Made by a program: the position numbers and the translations under genes. The notes under the pieces were generated by a model. It was not told the origin of the DNA and ran no database searches. It saw only the letters and a list, made by a program, of their open reading frames with translations. A stretch of DNA of 63,667 bases, the filler included, from Reclinomonas americana ATCC 50394 (Eukaryota): assembly GCA_048213135.1 (NCBI GenBank). It is 50 parts of 50 records of this genome, joined end to end, with 100 filler letters (N's around TTAATTAATTAA, not from the genome) between each part and the next. Parts side by side here need not be neighbours in the genome. Positions count along the whole stretch, not along the records: positions 51,082 to 52,251 come from AFZH01026251.1; positions 52,352 to 53,521 come from AFZH01026252.1; positions 53,622 to 54,788 come from AFZH01026253.1; positions 54,889 to 56,058 come from AFZH01026254.1; positions 56,159 to 57,323 come from AFZH01026255.1; positions 57,424 to 58,592 come from AFZH01026256.1; positions 58,693 to 59,861 come from AFZH01026257.1; positions 59,962 to 61,130 come from AFZH01026258.1; 42 more parts are not named here. One strand, 5' to 3'. Each line of letters begins with the position of its first letter. Position 1 is the stretch's first letter. Shown here piece by piece: positions 51,082 through 63,667 of the stretch.

Positions 51082-52251
51082 AGCAGGGCGGACTCGCGGC
51101 TCCAGCAAGCGTGCCAAACACAGTGGCACGCTGTGGACGGCGAATCGAAGCAGGTGCTGCAACGAAGTCACGTGGTTGCTGTTGGCGTTAACACCTGCGA
51201 CGCCATCCACAACAACCATCGCCGCAGTGAGCGCAGCAAGGCCGGCGTCGTCGACTGTAACACCGTCACTCGTGTGGAATCCGGAACCGGCACCACACAA
51301 CAATACGCGCTCGGCGTTGGCGCGAGCGACTCCGAGTTCGGCGTGGAGTTTGATGGACTTGCTGAGGCGAATGCCAGCCACATCGTCGTCCACAGCACCG
51401 GCCTGTCGGGCCACGAAACTGCGAATGATGCCGGAACCGTCGACCAAGATCGCATCTTGCAGAGAGAAAAGTCTGGCACAGTACGCAGTGCCACTGCTGT
51501 CGGCAACGGTGGTGGTGGTGGTGGTGGTGGTGGGCACTACCGGCGACGGTCCGCCGGCCACGGCTCTATGCAACATTTGCCGTAGTGCGTCAACTTCTCT
51601 GCTGCGCGATCCGGTGGCGATGCGAGATGACGACGCTGGAGACAAAAATATCAGTAAACACTTCAGCAATCGGTGGGCGCATCAAAGAACACAGATAACA
51701 TTACCTTGCAAGTGCTGGCAAACAAAACCGCATAAAGCGTCGACTCGAGATAACGGCAATGGGCCAGCGAGTTGTAGTTGAAGACCATCGACAATGAGCA
51801 CACGCGTTTGTGCGAGCAGCACAGAACGCGGAACGGAATGCTGAACGTGTAGGCGTTGGATAGTGCTGCTGCTCATGCTGCTGCTGCCAGAGTTGCGCTG
51901 TCGACGGGCAAGCTGCTTGATGCTGGCGTCGTGTGATTTCTTCGCATGCGACACCAGCGAGCGCGCAGCATCGACCGACGAGGTCGCCAGATCGTCGAGC
52001 GCCACTTGTATCGTCGTGGAATCGTCGGATGTGGATTTCGAAATGTCGCCAGTGGCGTTGAAAAACACACGGCTCACCTCCTCCTTCCTGCACAAGTAGC
52101 CACAGTTAGCTGATTCGCCAGTATCACAGAAACGAGCAATGTGTGCGCGTCTACAACGTACATGAACTGCGCGCCGTCCTTCGTCAGCCCCTTCACTTGC
52201 GTGACAACAGACTCATTCACACTGCCGTCAACAATGTGCCGCATCGTTGAC
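51082..52251 (-). CDS. Hypothetical eukaryotic protein fragment, spliced
   Basis: Globular-looking ORFs 51034..51669 and 51682..52095 with gtaatg/gtacgt donors. Confidence 0.5.
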
Positions 52252-53701
52252 NNNNNNNNNNNNNNNNNNNNNNNNNNNNNNNNNNNNNNNNNNNNTTAAT
52301 TAATTAANNNNNNNNNNNNNNNNNNNNNNNNNNNNNNNNNNNNNNNNNNNNGGCTATGGGCGCAGGTGCTGCAGATGATCTCGTCCGCTGTGGCGCCTCC
52401 AACAACTTGCGCGCCTCCTGCATGCACGCAACGTTGACCCCACCCAGTGAAGAAAACAGATGTCAGACTCTTGCCAACTGACGAAAAAGAAGTACAGAGA
52501 GACGCACATCACACCACTTCTCGAGAGCAGCAGCGTTTGTGGCGCGAGTGGCCTCGTCTGCGCCAAGAAGCTGCACGGGAATTGATTGTGCTGCATCGAC
52601 AATGCTGCGAATTTCACCCGGTCCGGTGCCAGTTGTGCCCTCTGCACCGAAGACCTCTCCCACTCGAAAGACCAAATTCACAGCTCTGAAAAAAATGCAG
52701 GCGAGGAGTCCGGCATCCTGGCAGTCGTTGAATGCCGCTCCAGATATTGTAACCCTCCCGCCCTTACCACCAACAACAACAGTCAATCGCAATTGCATTC
52801 GATCATCTGCATGCAGCGACTTTCGCACAGTCGATACGCACCGTGAGCACCAGTGGTTTATCGGTGGCACCGGCTCCACAGTCGTCATCCTCATCTTCTT
52901 TGTCACTGCCGGAGTCGGAGTCGTCGTCATCGCGGTCAAAGTCGAAATGCGCACGCAGCTGTGAATGCTCCTCGCTCGCAGAAGCGGCTGCTCCGCCATG
53001 GCCGCCGCCACTGCTGTTGGAGACAACTGCAGCAGTCGACGATGCGTCCATCGGCTGCAGGAGTTGTATATATGGCGATCGACACAGTGTGGGCGACGCA
53101 ACGTCGACAGTCACATGGACATGTACAAGGAAATGACAAACCGAGTGGTCGTGCCCGGTAGAAGAAGCAACAGGGTGCTGGTGCTGGACGCCTCTGCCTT
53201 TTCCTCTTGTTCCTCTCCGAGTTCGTCGAGCAGGTGCAGGTGCAGGTGCATCGTGCAGACGCTGCGAGTCATCGACATCCGCCGGCTGTGGCGCAGCACT
53301 GGCAGCAGCGGTGCTCGCCTTCTTTGCCACAGCAATGCAGCGTGAGTGTTTTCCATGAATGATGTGCCCAGCAGCCGCTGCGACATACCTTCTCGGCTTT
53401 CGGCACTGCGACTGACTTGGCACGCTTCTTGCGAGTCGGAGTCTTTTCATCGGGGATCTTGATGGCAATTCCCCCACCAGCAGCTGCGCCCATCTGCGAC
53501 GCAGAACGCTTACAAGCCGCGNNNNNNNNNNNNNNNNNNNNNNNNNNNNNNNNNNNNNNNNNNNNTTAATTAATTAANNNNNNNNNNNNNNNNNNNNNNN
53601 NNNNNNNNNNNNNNNNNNNNNGGGAGAGTGAGTGTGTGAGAGAGAGGAAGGTGCTGTGATTATGAGTGATTGAGATGCGCAGTGGATGCACGCGCGCGCG
53701 C

Positions 53702-53737
<36 letters not shown>

Positions 53738-53849
53738 AGGCTTGTGTGTGCGAGAGAGAAGTGAAGTGCAAGCAGATACGTTGATGTCTTCATTCTCACT
53801 CTTTCGTCTTTCTGTTTCTCTCCTCGTCCACACTTTTACACATCTCTTG

Positions 53850-54721
53850 CTGTTGCCTTCTCTCCACCTTGTGCTCTCACCCGTGCATATTGCGCTGCTC
53901 GTCTTCCCGTCTCCTCCTGTGACAGGGGGAGAGAGATTGTCGTGTCCACCTCTGTTCTCACCCGTCTTGTCGCCGTTTGCTTGTTTGACTGTGCATGTTG
54001 CGCTGCTCGCCTTTCCCAGCCTCGATGCCCGTGCTCCTCCTGTGATAGAGAAGAGAGTGACATGGAGAGAGAGAGAGTCGTGTCCACCTCTGTTCTCACC
54101 CTGCTGTGCATGTTGCTCTGCTCGTCTTCCCCAGTCTCGATGCCGCCCCTGCTTCTCAGTCTCACTCAGTCCTCTCCTCGTGTGATAGAGAAGAGAGTGA
54201 CAAGGGGAGAGAGATTGTCGCGTCCATTCTCATACATCTTGCTTGTTTGACCTCCTTGCTGTGCATGTTGCGCTGCTCGTCTTCCCCTCTCCTCCTGTGA
54301 CAGAAAAGAGAGTGACAAGGGGAGAGAGATTGTCGTGTCCACCTCTGTTCTCACCCATCTTGTCGCCGTTTGCTTGTTTGACTGTGCATGTTGCGCTGCT
54401 CGTCTTCCCCTCTCCTCCTGTGATAGAGAGGAGAGAGAAAGATTGTCGCGTTCAGTCTCACACATCTCGCTTGTTTGACCTCCCTGCTGTGATGTTGCGC
54501 TTCTCGTCTTCCCCAGTCTCGATGCCGCCCGTGCTCCTCAGTCTCACTCATTCCTCCTGTGACAGAAAAGAGAGTGGCATGGAAAGAGAGAGAGAGAGAG
54601 AGTCGTGTCCACCTCTGTTCTCACGCTGCTGTGCATGTTGCTCTGCTCGTCTTCCCCAGCCATCTGTGCTCCTCATGCTCGCTCATTCCTCTCCTCCTGT
54701 GATAGAGAAGAGAGTGACAAG

Positions 54722-54725
<4 letters not shown>
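53850..54725. repeat. Degenerate satellite, unit about 110-140 bp, about 7 copies
   Basis: gtgcatgttgcgctgctcgtcttccc...ctcctcctgtga...gagagattgtcgtgtccacctctgttctcacc recurs. Confidence 0.85.
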
Positions 54726-54756
<31 letters not shown>

Positions 54757-54900
54757 AGAAGAGAGAGAGAGGAGGAGAAGAGAGAGAGNNNNNNNNNNNN
54801 NNNNNNNNNNNNNNNNNNNNNNNNNNNNNNNNTTAATTAATTAANNNNNNNNNNNNNNNNNNNNNNNNNNNNNNNNNNNNNNNNNNNNGCACTTCCTCAC

Positions 54901-55765
54901 CTGCACACCCAGACGATCGACGTCCGACAACTGGCGCGACACAATGGCCTCGCGCATGCGCGCCCATCCAGCCTCAGAGTAGTTGACACGATAGAAGCCA
55001 GCCTGTTCGATACACCTTGAGCCAGCGCCAACACACACTCTCCCCCGCTTGTGCTCTCGCACGCACCTGCTCCACGTTGAACTTGCGAACGCCACTCGGC
55101 ACCACCACCGTGGTCTGCTTCTCACCAAACACAACTGCACCAGTGCTGCCATTGTTGGCCGTGTAGGTCAGCGGCACCAACCACGTCCTGCGCGCACTCA
55201 CGCGCGTCAGAATAACACGCCACACACACAGGTTGCCATTCCAGCCCGCGCGCACGCAACTGCTTGTCGCTCTCCTCCGTGTACTCCTTGGGCGAGGAGA
55301 AGAAGCGGCGCTGCGTAATGGTGTACGTCTCACCGTCGGCACCCTCGCTCACCGTCAGCACCGGGTAACCCGTCTGCAGCGTCCACGAGTCGGCCATTTG
55401 CACAATGTCCTGCCCGCTGGCATCCGACAGCGCCTGCCACAGATCGCGGGTTTGCGCATTGGCGTACTTGTGCCGATCGAGGTAGATGCGCAGGCCGTCG
55501 CGGAAGGTCTCGCGAGTGAGGAACTCGGCAAGCATGCGGTTGAAGGAGCCGCCCTTGGAGTACGAAATGGCGTCGAAGATTTCTGTGCGGGATAGAACGA
55601 GAGAGTGAGTAGCCAGAGAAATTACCACAGCAAAGGAAGTGACATGTCATACCTTCGATCTCAGCCGCCTTGTAGACCGGCACCTCAATCGGATGCGACG
55701 ACGCGAGAGCATCGAGTTGGAAGGCGCGGTTCATGTCCAGAGACACAAACTGGCGCCAGATGTTC
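54901..55765 (-). CDS. M1 family (puromycin-sensitive-like) aminopeptidase, spliced fragment
   Basis: LDALASSHPIEV, IFDAISYSKG, WTLQTGYPVL, ITQRRF, WLVPL, GFYRVNY. Confidence 0.93.
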
Positions 55766-56158
55766 CTGGGGGACAACATTGAAGTGAGGGAAAGGAGAAG
55801 GCAAAGGGAAGAGAGGGAAGAGGGAAAGAGGGAAAGAGGGAAAGAGGGAAAGAGGGGAAGAGGGGAAGAGGGAAAGAGGGGAAAGTGAAGGAATAGGATG
55901 AGAGGATGGGGAATGAGGGCAAGGAGAAGAGACGGAAAGTGAGGAATAGGACGAAGGGAAGATCGGAAGAGGGGAAGAGCGGAAGAGGGGAGAGTGAAGG
56001 AATAGGATGAGAGGATGGGGAACGAGGGGAAAGAGAGGACCGAGAGGGAGAGAGAGAGNNNNNNNNNNNNNNNNNNNNNNNNNNNNNNNNNNNNNNNNNN
56101 NNTTAATTAATTAANNNNNNNNNNNNNNNNNNNNNNNNNNNNNNNNNNNNNNNNNNNN

Positions 56159-56562
56159 GGTCGGATGCAGCGACCCCCAGAACGTGATGCTCAGGGGCGA
56201 TCGCGACGATGTACAGGAGGTTGCCCACCCGCGGTCAGCGACACCGAGAGCGCGACGTTGCCGCCGGACCGGTGCGTGAGCACCTGGGAGATGTTGCCGG
56301 GCGGGCAGCACGCGACGAGCAGCATGCCGAGCGCCATCGACGGCGGGACCGGGAGCACCAGCGTCAGCAGGAAGGTGGCGATCGGCAGCAGGAGCAGCTG
56401 AGCGAGGAGGGCGATGATGAAGGGCTTCGGATGCTTCGCCACGACGCGGAAGTCGCTCGGAGCGGTGTCGAGGGCGATCCCGAACATGATCAGCCCGAGC
56501 ACCACGTTGAGGATGGTCAGGGTTCCTGGTGTGAACGAGAGGACGACGTCGTCGACGTTCAT
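56159..56562 (-). CDS. Bile acid:sodium symporter family protein, actinobacterial, 3' truncated
   Basis: LIMFGIAL, AQLLLLP, LLVACCPPGNISQVLT...GGNVALSVSLTA; ATGA overlap with the upstream gene. Confidence 0.9.
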
Positions 56563-57323
56563 GCCGATGCCTCCAGGGCGCTCTTCTCGCGACGGACGGC
56601 GCCGCGGTAGGCGTCCTTGTTCACGTAGTACGCCATCCGGTCGAGTCCGAGGTAGTGGTATCCGCCGGTCAGGTCCGGCCAGGGCGCCGCGGTGACGCGG
56701 TCACGGAAGCGTGCCGCACGTGCCGGATCGCGCTCGACCGCGTCGAGATAGGCGGCGAGGAGGTCGGCCTGTTCGTAGCGGCCCTGCCAGCCGATGCCCG
56801 ACGCCTCGATCATGCCCATCACGTACAGCCCGTTGAACGACGCGGGGAACAGGTTGAGGAAGAGGCGTGGCGATGCGCCCTGCCAGTGGAGGTGCTCCCG
56901 GTCCACGAAGGGGTAGTCGAGCGTGTATCCGGTCGCCAGGAGCACGAGGTCGTAGTCGTCGGCGCTGCCGTCGCGGAAGTGCACGGTGTGACCGTCGAAG
57001 CGCTCGACGTCGGCACGGATCCGTAGGTCGCCCTGACCCAGATGATTGAGGACCATGGTGTTCACGATGGGGTGCGACTCGTAGATGCGGTAGCGGGGCT
57101 TCGGGAAGCCGAAGCGGACCGGATCGCCCGTGAAGGCCCGCAGGACGCGGCTGTCGACCGCCTGCTTGATCCTCGCGGGAAGCGGACGCCCCTGGTTGAG
57201 CGTGTCGCTGGGCCGGCCGAAAAGGTAGCGGGGGACGAAGTAGTACCCGCGCCGCACGCTCATGTCGACGGATGCCGCGTGGTGCACGGCATCCACCGCG
57301 ATGTCGCAGCCGGAGTTGCCCGC
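56559..57323 (-). CDS. Flavin-containing monooxygenase, 5' truncated
   Basis: AGNSGCDIAVDA, SVRRGYYFVP, DLVLLATGY. Confidence 0.9.
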   Translation of the reverse strand, partial: AGNSGCDIAVDAVHHAASVDMSVRRGYYFVPRYLFGRPSDTLNQGRPLPARIKQAVDSRVLRAFTGDPVRFGFPKPRYRIYESHPIVNTMVLNHLGQGDLRIRADVERFDGHTVHFRDGSADDYDLVLLATGYTLDYPFVDREHLHWQGASPRLFLNLFPASFNGLYVMGMIEASGIGWQGRYEQADLLAAYLDAVERDPARAARFRDRVTAAPWPDLTGGYHYLGLDRMAYYVNKDAYRGAVRREKSALEASA

Positions 57324-57423
57324 NNNNNNNNNNNNNNNNNNNNNNNNNNNNNNNNNNNNNNNNNNNNTTAATTAATTAANNNNNNNNNNNNNNNNNNNNN
57401 NNNNNNNNNNNNNNNNNNNNNNN

Positions 57424-58592
57424 AGCAGCAACTCTTCGCGACTCAACAGATGCTCCTCCGTCGAATGCACAAAGCGCGACCAGCGCTGCATCAACTTGTT
57501 CTTCTGCAGCATGGCGCCCTCAGCGCGTCCCTCAAAGAAGCGTCGCAGCGTGGCACACGCGTAGCCGACGGTATTCCGCGGCCGCGCAAACAAGTCAATC
57601 TGGGGCGGCGACAATGAGACGCGTTCAACCACGCGAGGTCTATGAGAAACACAAACACACCTCCAGCTTGGTCAGATCGTACTGTCGCAGCTCGTGCGGC
57701 TCACTGGGGCAGTTGCCAATCTGCTCCATGCGCGCCGCACGTGCTCGTTTCAGATCGCTGGTCGTCGACAGCGATCGCACCCAGCTGAGCACCGGTCGCG
57801 GAGGCGCTCCCGTGTACAATGCACAGCGCACACGCAGCAGCTCTTGACACTGACACACACACCATCAAAGTCGTGAGAAAGCAGAGCTGAATATCAGTGT
57901 AGTGTCGTAAGCGCGCGTGTACCTTGTTGACCCAGTCTTCCAGATCGTACTCCAACAGGCGCTCGTCGACAGAGATGCTCAGCTCAGACGGGTTCTCAAA
58001 CGCGACAGAGTTGGGCATTCGTGCCGCCGTCCTGCGAGAGAAACACCCCACATTCAGAGAGAGCGAAGTGAGAGATGTGTGTGCGTGTGTGTGATTCACC
58101 TGCGAGTCCACTCCAGCTCATCCTCCACACTGCCACTTGCAGGCTGTCGCAGCGCCTGTGAGGCGGCTGTGTGCGACATTGATCTCTCTCGCCTATGCCT
58201 GCACTGCAACGACCACGCGATGACTCATCACATCAATCAAAATGGCGGCATTTTGGCCGGTTGCAAGTTTCTTCAGCTTACTTCGTCCGATATCCTGCGT
58301 GGTCTTCGCGTGTGTGTGTTTGAGTGTGCAACGGCGTAACAAGCAAGCATGAGTGACGAGGACGACACGTCGACCAATGGTATCTCAAACACACGCGCGT
58401 GCATCAACACGCGCACAACTAGACAAACTCACCTCTCTCTCCTCCACACAGTGAGCGACTTTGACGAGAGCACCGACACGGGCTCGTCGGCGACCAGCAC
58501 CAGTGCCACCGACTCTGACTGGATGCAACGAAGACGCGCGGCGTTTAGTCGAAATGCCACGCCTCCCACAGCAGCAGCAGCAGCAGCAGCAA
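57424..58592 (-). CDS. Hypothetical eukaryotic protein fragment, spliced
   Basis: Several exons with G|gtg donors. Confidence 0.4.
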
Positions 58593-58692
58593 NNNNNNNN
58601 NNNNNNNNNNNNNNNNNNNNNNNNNNNNNNNNNNNNTTAATTAATTAANNNNNNNNNNNNNNNNNNNNNNNNNNNNNNNNNNNNNNNNNNNN

Positions 58693-59861
58693 TGGCACAC
58701 CGCCGATGTTCTTCGACAAGTCTTTTAGTGTGACGTCGGGTGAGTGGATGGCAGAGATTGAGAACGCTGTGCGTCTTGGTGAAGGTGCTGACCTTGTCTT
58801 CCCGCAGTGAACAATGCACCGACAGCGGTGACACTGAGTGCAAGCTCGTACATCCCGCCTAGCACGGTGGGACTGGCAATCGCCACGATGAGCACGAGTG
58901 ATGTGGACTCGCAGCAGTCGTTCTCGTACTCGGTGGTGGGTGGTGCAAGCAACGCATTGGTGACGGTTGCGTCTGGCAACCAGCTGCAGTTTGCGAATGC
59001 GGGTGTGACGGCGTCGCTGGTGGTGATAGTGCGCACGACCGACAATGGCAATCCTGCCATGTCATTCGATCAGACCCTCAACATTGCTGGTTCGTGCTAT
59101 ACTGATTGTGTGTTATTGTGATGCACAATGATGCTAACTGCTTTCTTCTTGCATCGATGCAGCACCTACTGTGACGTCGCTGTCGGCCACCTTTGTGTCG
59201 GCACTGGCTGGCCAGTTGATTACATTGACGGGAACCGCACTGGTAAACAACTCGGCCGACGCGTTGGCATATGTGCTTGGCACTCCTCTCTGTGGCGCCA
59301 CAACACCGCCGACGGCTGTGGCAAGTACCAACGTCAGCAGTGCATTCGGCAGTGCGACTAGCATCACGCTGACGATTGGAGCGGCGGGTGCAGCTGTTGG
59401 CACGTACGAGCTGTGCACGCGATGGGCGCCAGCCAACGCATATGTGGCTGTGTCTGCATTCGCAATCGGTGAGGAATGAGGGAAAGGGAGAATGCAGGGA
59501 AAGGCGGCCTTTGTGTGGTTGTTTGTTTGTCTGTGTGGGTATGTTGAGCTGTACTTCTGTTCCTTCTTCTTTCCTTCTTCTTCGTCTATCTTGTTCACTC
59601 TCTCTCTCTCTCTCTTAGTATTTACGTGTGTGTGTGTGTGCGTTCGTGTGTTTGTGTGTTTGTGTTTGTGATTGTTTGTGTGAGCTGAACCCAATTGTTG
59701 AACGACTGTGCAGGAAATGTGGCGCCCAGCGACATTCTGCTGTCTGGTGCGCAGACGTATTCGAGTGCGGCAGTGCCATTCACCGTGGGCACACTGAGCA
59801 TGGTGGGTCTCAACACGGGACAGTCGCCGACATTCAGCATTGTCGGTGGTGTGCATGCGGG
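58693..59861 (+). CDS. Second cadherin-like repeat protein fragment, with an interleaved IPT/TIG-like domain
   Basis: VNNAPTAVTLS...IATMSTSDVDSQQSFSYSVVGG...VRTTDNGNPAMSFDQ; NVAPSDILLS; phase-1 introns. Confidence 0.75.
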
Positions 59862-59961
59862 NNNNNNNNNNNNNNNNNNNNNNNNNNNNNNNNNNNNNNN
59901 NNNNNTTAATTAATTAANNNNNNNNNNNNNNNNNNNNNNNNNNNNNNNNNNNNNNNNNNNN

Positions 59962-61130
59962 TCCTCGTCGTCGTCGCCCTTGTCCTTGTCCGTCTCGTCA
60001 CCCTCGTCGCCCTTGTCCTTGTCCGTCTTGTCACCCTCGTTGCCCTTGTCCTTGTCCGTCTCGTCACCCTCGTCGTCGTCGTCGCCCTTCTCCTTGTCGA
60101 CAACCATCGCCTCCGCCTCCTCTTCCTCCTCCTCTCCTTCCATGACGACATCGGTAGCCTCGCCCTCGGCACCGACGCGATTCGCAAACGCCATGGGCAA
60201 CTTATCGGTGTGTCGTGTGAGCGCTTGCGTGATCAACTCCACCACGCGCCCGAAGGTCTGCTCGTCTTCGCCCATCACACCACATGCGGCAAGAACAGCT
60301 GGATCCGCCAAAAGGTCGTCAATGCATCCACTTGCAACTGATTTCCAGTGTCGTCTGCGCCGGCACGAAACGAGCGCGGCAAGCTTAGTCATGTAAGCAT
60401 GCAAGTGTTGCGCCACTCGCTGCGTGTGCTCTTCAAGGAGTTTATCCGTGAAGTGCACAACGCACGCTGCCGGTGCCACAGCAGCCGCACCAGATCTAGA
60501 GGCGGCACTTGCTGCAGGTGCAGGTGCAGGCGCAGCCGGGGGTGCTGTACGTCGAACGACTGTGTTAGTGCACCACGACAGTCACGCAAAACAAACAACA
60601 GGCACTGCAGACCCGCTGCAGTTTGCACTCCGCGGGTCGTCGTCTTCTTCGACTTGCCCTTCGTGGCCTTCTTTCCCTTCTTTCCCTTCTTCGACTTCCC
60701 GCGCGAAGAAGGAAACAGGACACACATGAGCCGTCTGCAGCAGTCCTCTGAAACGCAAAAGCAGCGAGTCAATACATCGTCTTGACACCTCCACGCGAAG
60801 ACAGCAAATAGTTGACCCAACTGCATTCGTTCATGCTCTTGTGCACATCGCGTTCCAGTGCGATAAACGACGCTTGAGTCCGCTCGACAAAGAGCGCAAA
60901 TTCTGCGTCGTCTATTACCTCTTGCACCCGATCGGAAAGAAAATCTATGCATCGTGAAGTTAGTGTCCTGTCCCACGCAAGAAAACGCACGCAACCTGAC
61001 TGTACTGCACGCATACCTCTTTCAAGTACGAGTGCCTGCACAATCGCGTCCACGAAGCGCACAAATGCATCATGAGCATTGGCAAACAATGCCACGGCTT
61101 TGGCAACTTCCTCGGGCCCAATCGGCTTGC
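59962..61130 (-). CDS. Hypothetical spliced protein with an acidic (DKDKGDEGDET)n tail
   Basis: 33-bp tandem coding repeat at about 59965-60100; several introns. Confidence 0.5.
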
Positions 61131-61230
61131 NNNNNNNNNNNNNNNNNNNNNNNNNNNNNNNNNNNNNNNNNNNNTTAATTAATTAANNNNNNNNNNNNNN
61201 NNNNNNNNNNNNNNNNNNNNNNNNNNNNNN

Positions 61231-61650
61231 TGGATGAATGAGAAAGAAAAGAAAGAAAGAAATTCTTTCTCTCTCTCTTTTGATGAAAGAAAGAAAGAAA
61301 CTCTCTTGATGAAGTCTCTCTCTCTCTCTGGATGAAAGAAAAGAAAGAAAGAAACTCTTTCTCTCTCTCTTTTGATGAAAGAAAGAAAGAAACTCTCTTG
61401 ATGAAGTCTCTCTCTCTGGATGAAAGAAAGGAAAGAAAGAGAAGAGGGGCGAGAAGAGATATGTGGAGGAGGGAAAAAGTGATTGATTATACAATCACAG
61501 AAGAAAGGGAAGAAGAAGAATGGGGGAAGAGGGGGAGGAAAAGGTGACTATACAAGGATGGTATCCTATAGAGAGATGTAAAGAAGAGGGAGAAGAGATA
61601 TGTGGGGGAGGAAAAGGTGACTATACAAGGATGATATCCTATGGAGAGAG
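61231..61650. repeat. Purine-rich tandem repeats
   Basis: gatgaaagaaagaaagaaactctcttgatgaagtctctc occurs twice; aaaaggtgactatacaaggatg occurs twice. Confidence 0.75.
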
Positions 61651-62499
61651 ATGATCTCATCTCCACCCCCTTGTGAGATCGACTCGCCCTCTCCAATCAT
61701 GGAATACACAGTCGCACATTCTCTATAAGATGCATGGAAAGTGACGAATGAAGCAGCCTGATGGAACAAGAGATACAGGAATACACACGAGTGGAATGCA
61801 TGAGGCGTGGGAGGGAAAGAGTGAGCGAGATCGATTCCACTCCACAAATCACATTTCCCCATAAACAGACATTGACTGACCCTGCTCAATCGCAGAATGC
61901 ACATCCCCTGTTAATCAGAGAGATGACCCATGCAGCTAAAAATAGCACGCACAGTCATACCATTACGAATCACTGCACGCACCCTCCTCCCTTGTATCAC
62001 GCACACACTCCACTCCCAGTCAATCCCCTTTTCCCTACTATTGACCAAGAAAGTCATACACGCCAGAAACAGAGAAATCGCGTATGCGTACCTGGAAATA
62101 TTATGTGTGAGACGAAAAGAAAAAGCAACGAAAGAAATGAACAACAGCGTCGAAGCGAGGGAATCGTCTGCGAGTGAGCATTCGATCGTATTCTCAAGCC
62201 GAGACGATTGGAGAGGATGAAGGATGCCTGCAATCGGTGAGAGATGATTGCGATTTCTTGGCATGATTGTGATGGGAAAGCGGAGAGAATGAATGAGATC
62301 ATGAGGGAGAGTATAAAGGGAAGAGAAGATGTGTGGAGATGTTCTATCTTCTGCATGATGCTTTCTCTTCTTCTTCTTCTCCTTTCTATCATCTGTCTTN
62401 NNNNNNNNNNNNNNNNNNNNNNNNNNNNNNNNNNNNNNNNNNNTTAATTAATTAANNNNNNNNNNNNNNNNNNNNNNNNNNNNNNNNNNNNNNNNNNNN

Positions 62500-63667
62500 A
62501 AGAAACGGTCGGCCACAGACAACAGCGCCTCCTCCGGCCACGGGAAGAACCAATCGATGACAGTGCAGTTGACCAGAGCGGGGAAACGGCGCGCACGCAC
62601 ACGGAACTTGTCGCCGACAGGCGAGAAGCAGAGGCACGTGTGCAAGTTCTTGCGCACTTTGTTGATGAAGAATTCCCAGATGGCCTCTTTGGTCGTCACA
62701 ATGCCGGCCGCCTTGGCCTCGTTGGTCAGCGCACTGATAATGTCCTCCTTGTCGTCGGGCGGGAAGAGGTCGGGAATGTTGCCGGAGCTGAGCAGATCGT
62801 TGATGTAGACGAGGAAGCGCTCGTTCACAATCTGCGAGTCGGTGAACAGGAACACCACACCCTCGCCACGCACACCGGCCTGTTACACATTGCAGTCGGA
62901 GACATGAATGAGAACACACATACTGGCGTCTCAAGAACAGCGGAAGCGACTCGTACCGTGCGATACATCTTCATGAGATCCTCCTTCAGATCGTTCACGC
63001 CGTACGTGCGCGAAATGACAATCTGGAACACCTGGAAGGACGAGATGAAGGCGGCGAGCCGACTCAGACTCTGCTTGCCACTACCGCCGACACCAACCAA
63101 CAGAGCGTTGCCTGCAGAGAGCACACAGAACAGTAGTGAGGCACAATAATTAAAGCAGAAGCAGACGGACAGATGCTTGAAGACGCACCTTGCGGCTGCT
63201 CCAAAATACGCGACACGCGGCACACGTGCGCCATGGCATCCTCGAAAAGCACGAGGTCCATCTTCGCATTGTCCTCGTTGTAATCATTGAGAGCCTCGGT
63301 CAGCAAGTTGTTCAGCTGCTCCGCCGAGTCGATTTCGTTGTACACCTGCGTGCAAAAGACGCCCCCCCAATTTAGCAGCTCGTACTCCCGTGTGGGTGCC
63401 GTGGTACCACGCGATCAAACCTTGTCGGTACCGACACCATTGAGGAAGGTGCAGAACATACTGAAGGGGCGGATCAGGTCGCCCGACGGAATATCCGGGA
63501 AGAACTCAGATGCAACGTCGGCGGACAGCTTGTCGTACACCACCGTGTCCTCGGTTGAGACCAGGCGATCGCGGTACACACGAGCGCACTCGTGGTACCA
63601 CAGACGGATCAACTTTTGCGGCTCGTTGAAGGCGGTCGGAATCGTCATCAACAGACCCTCGAACACA
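62500..63667 (-). CDS. Axonemal dynein heavy chain, copy 2 (near-identical to 34536-35709)
   Basis: Same exons and protein; only synonymous and intronic differences. Confidence 0.93.

Noticed and set aside
55790..56058. GGGAAAGA-like repeats as telomere
   Set aside because: Irregular purine tract forming the pyrimidine-rich intron upstream of an aminopeptidase exon
56159..56240. Frameshifts near the end of the BASS gene (pseudogene or programmed shift)
   Set aside because: Single-base insertions close to a contig end are most likely sequencing or assembly errors
61566..62264. Two in-frame minus ORFs separated by one TAA (possible recoding)
   Set aside because: No recognisable protein; a single stop in low-complexity, probably intron-containing DNA is not evidence

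Overview
This window is not one locus. It is 50 short contigs (about 1.17-1.18 kb each, roughly sorted by decreasing length) joined by artificial 100-nt spacers (N44-TTAATTAATTAA-N44), so gene order across spacers means nothing. Most contigs come from a GC-rich, compact, probably flagellated microbial eukaryote. It has an axonemal dynein heavy chain, many short (about 45-100 nt) GT-AG introns, and abundant (AG)n/(CA)n microsatellites at contig ends. Six contigs are bacterial: four look actinobacterial (Microbacterium-like; ABC permeases, three parS sites plus a VOC gene, a catechol dioxygenase, FMO plus BASS) and two look alphaproteobacterial (autotransporter; SMP-30). The main discovery is a second, abundant class of 5' splice sites in the eukaryote, H|GTTGCGT (also GTTGAGT, GTTGTGT, GTTCAGT, GTTTCGT). 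This is the organism's normal G|GTGCGT donor displaced by one base and nearly always lacking the exonic -1 G. I found about 18 such donors, many pinned by conserved protein motifs. Other leads: intron-containing genes of bacterial type (planctomycete-like matrixin, actinobacterial-like thiolase, bacterial-type cadherin repeats with one domain per phase-1 exon, a Pmp-like beta-helix), a long frame broken only by TAA/TAG, a divergent actin, and CpG-focused divergence between two copies of one segment. All family calls are from motif recognition by eye; no database search was run.
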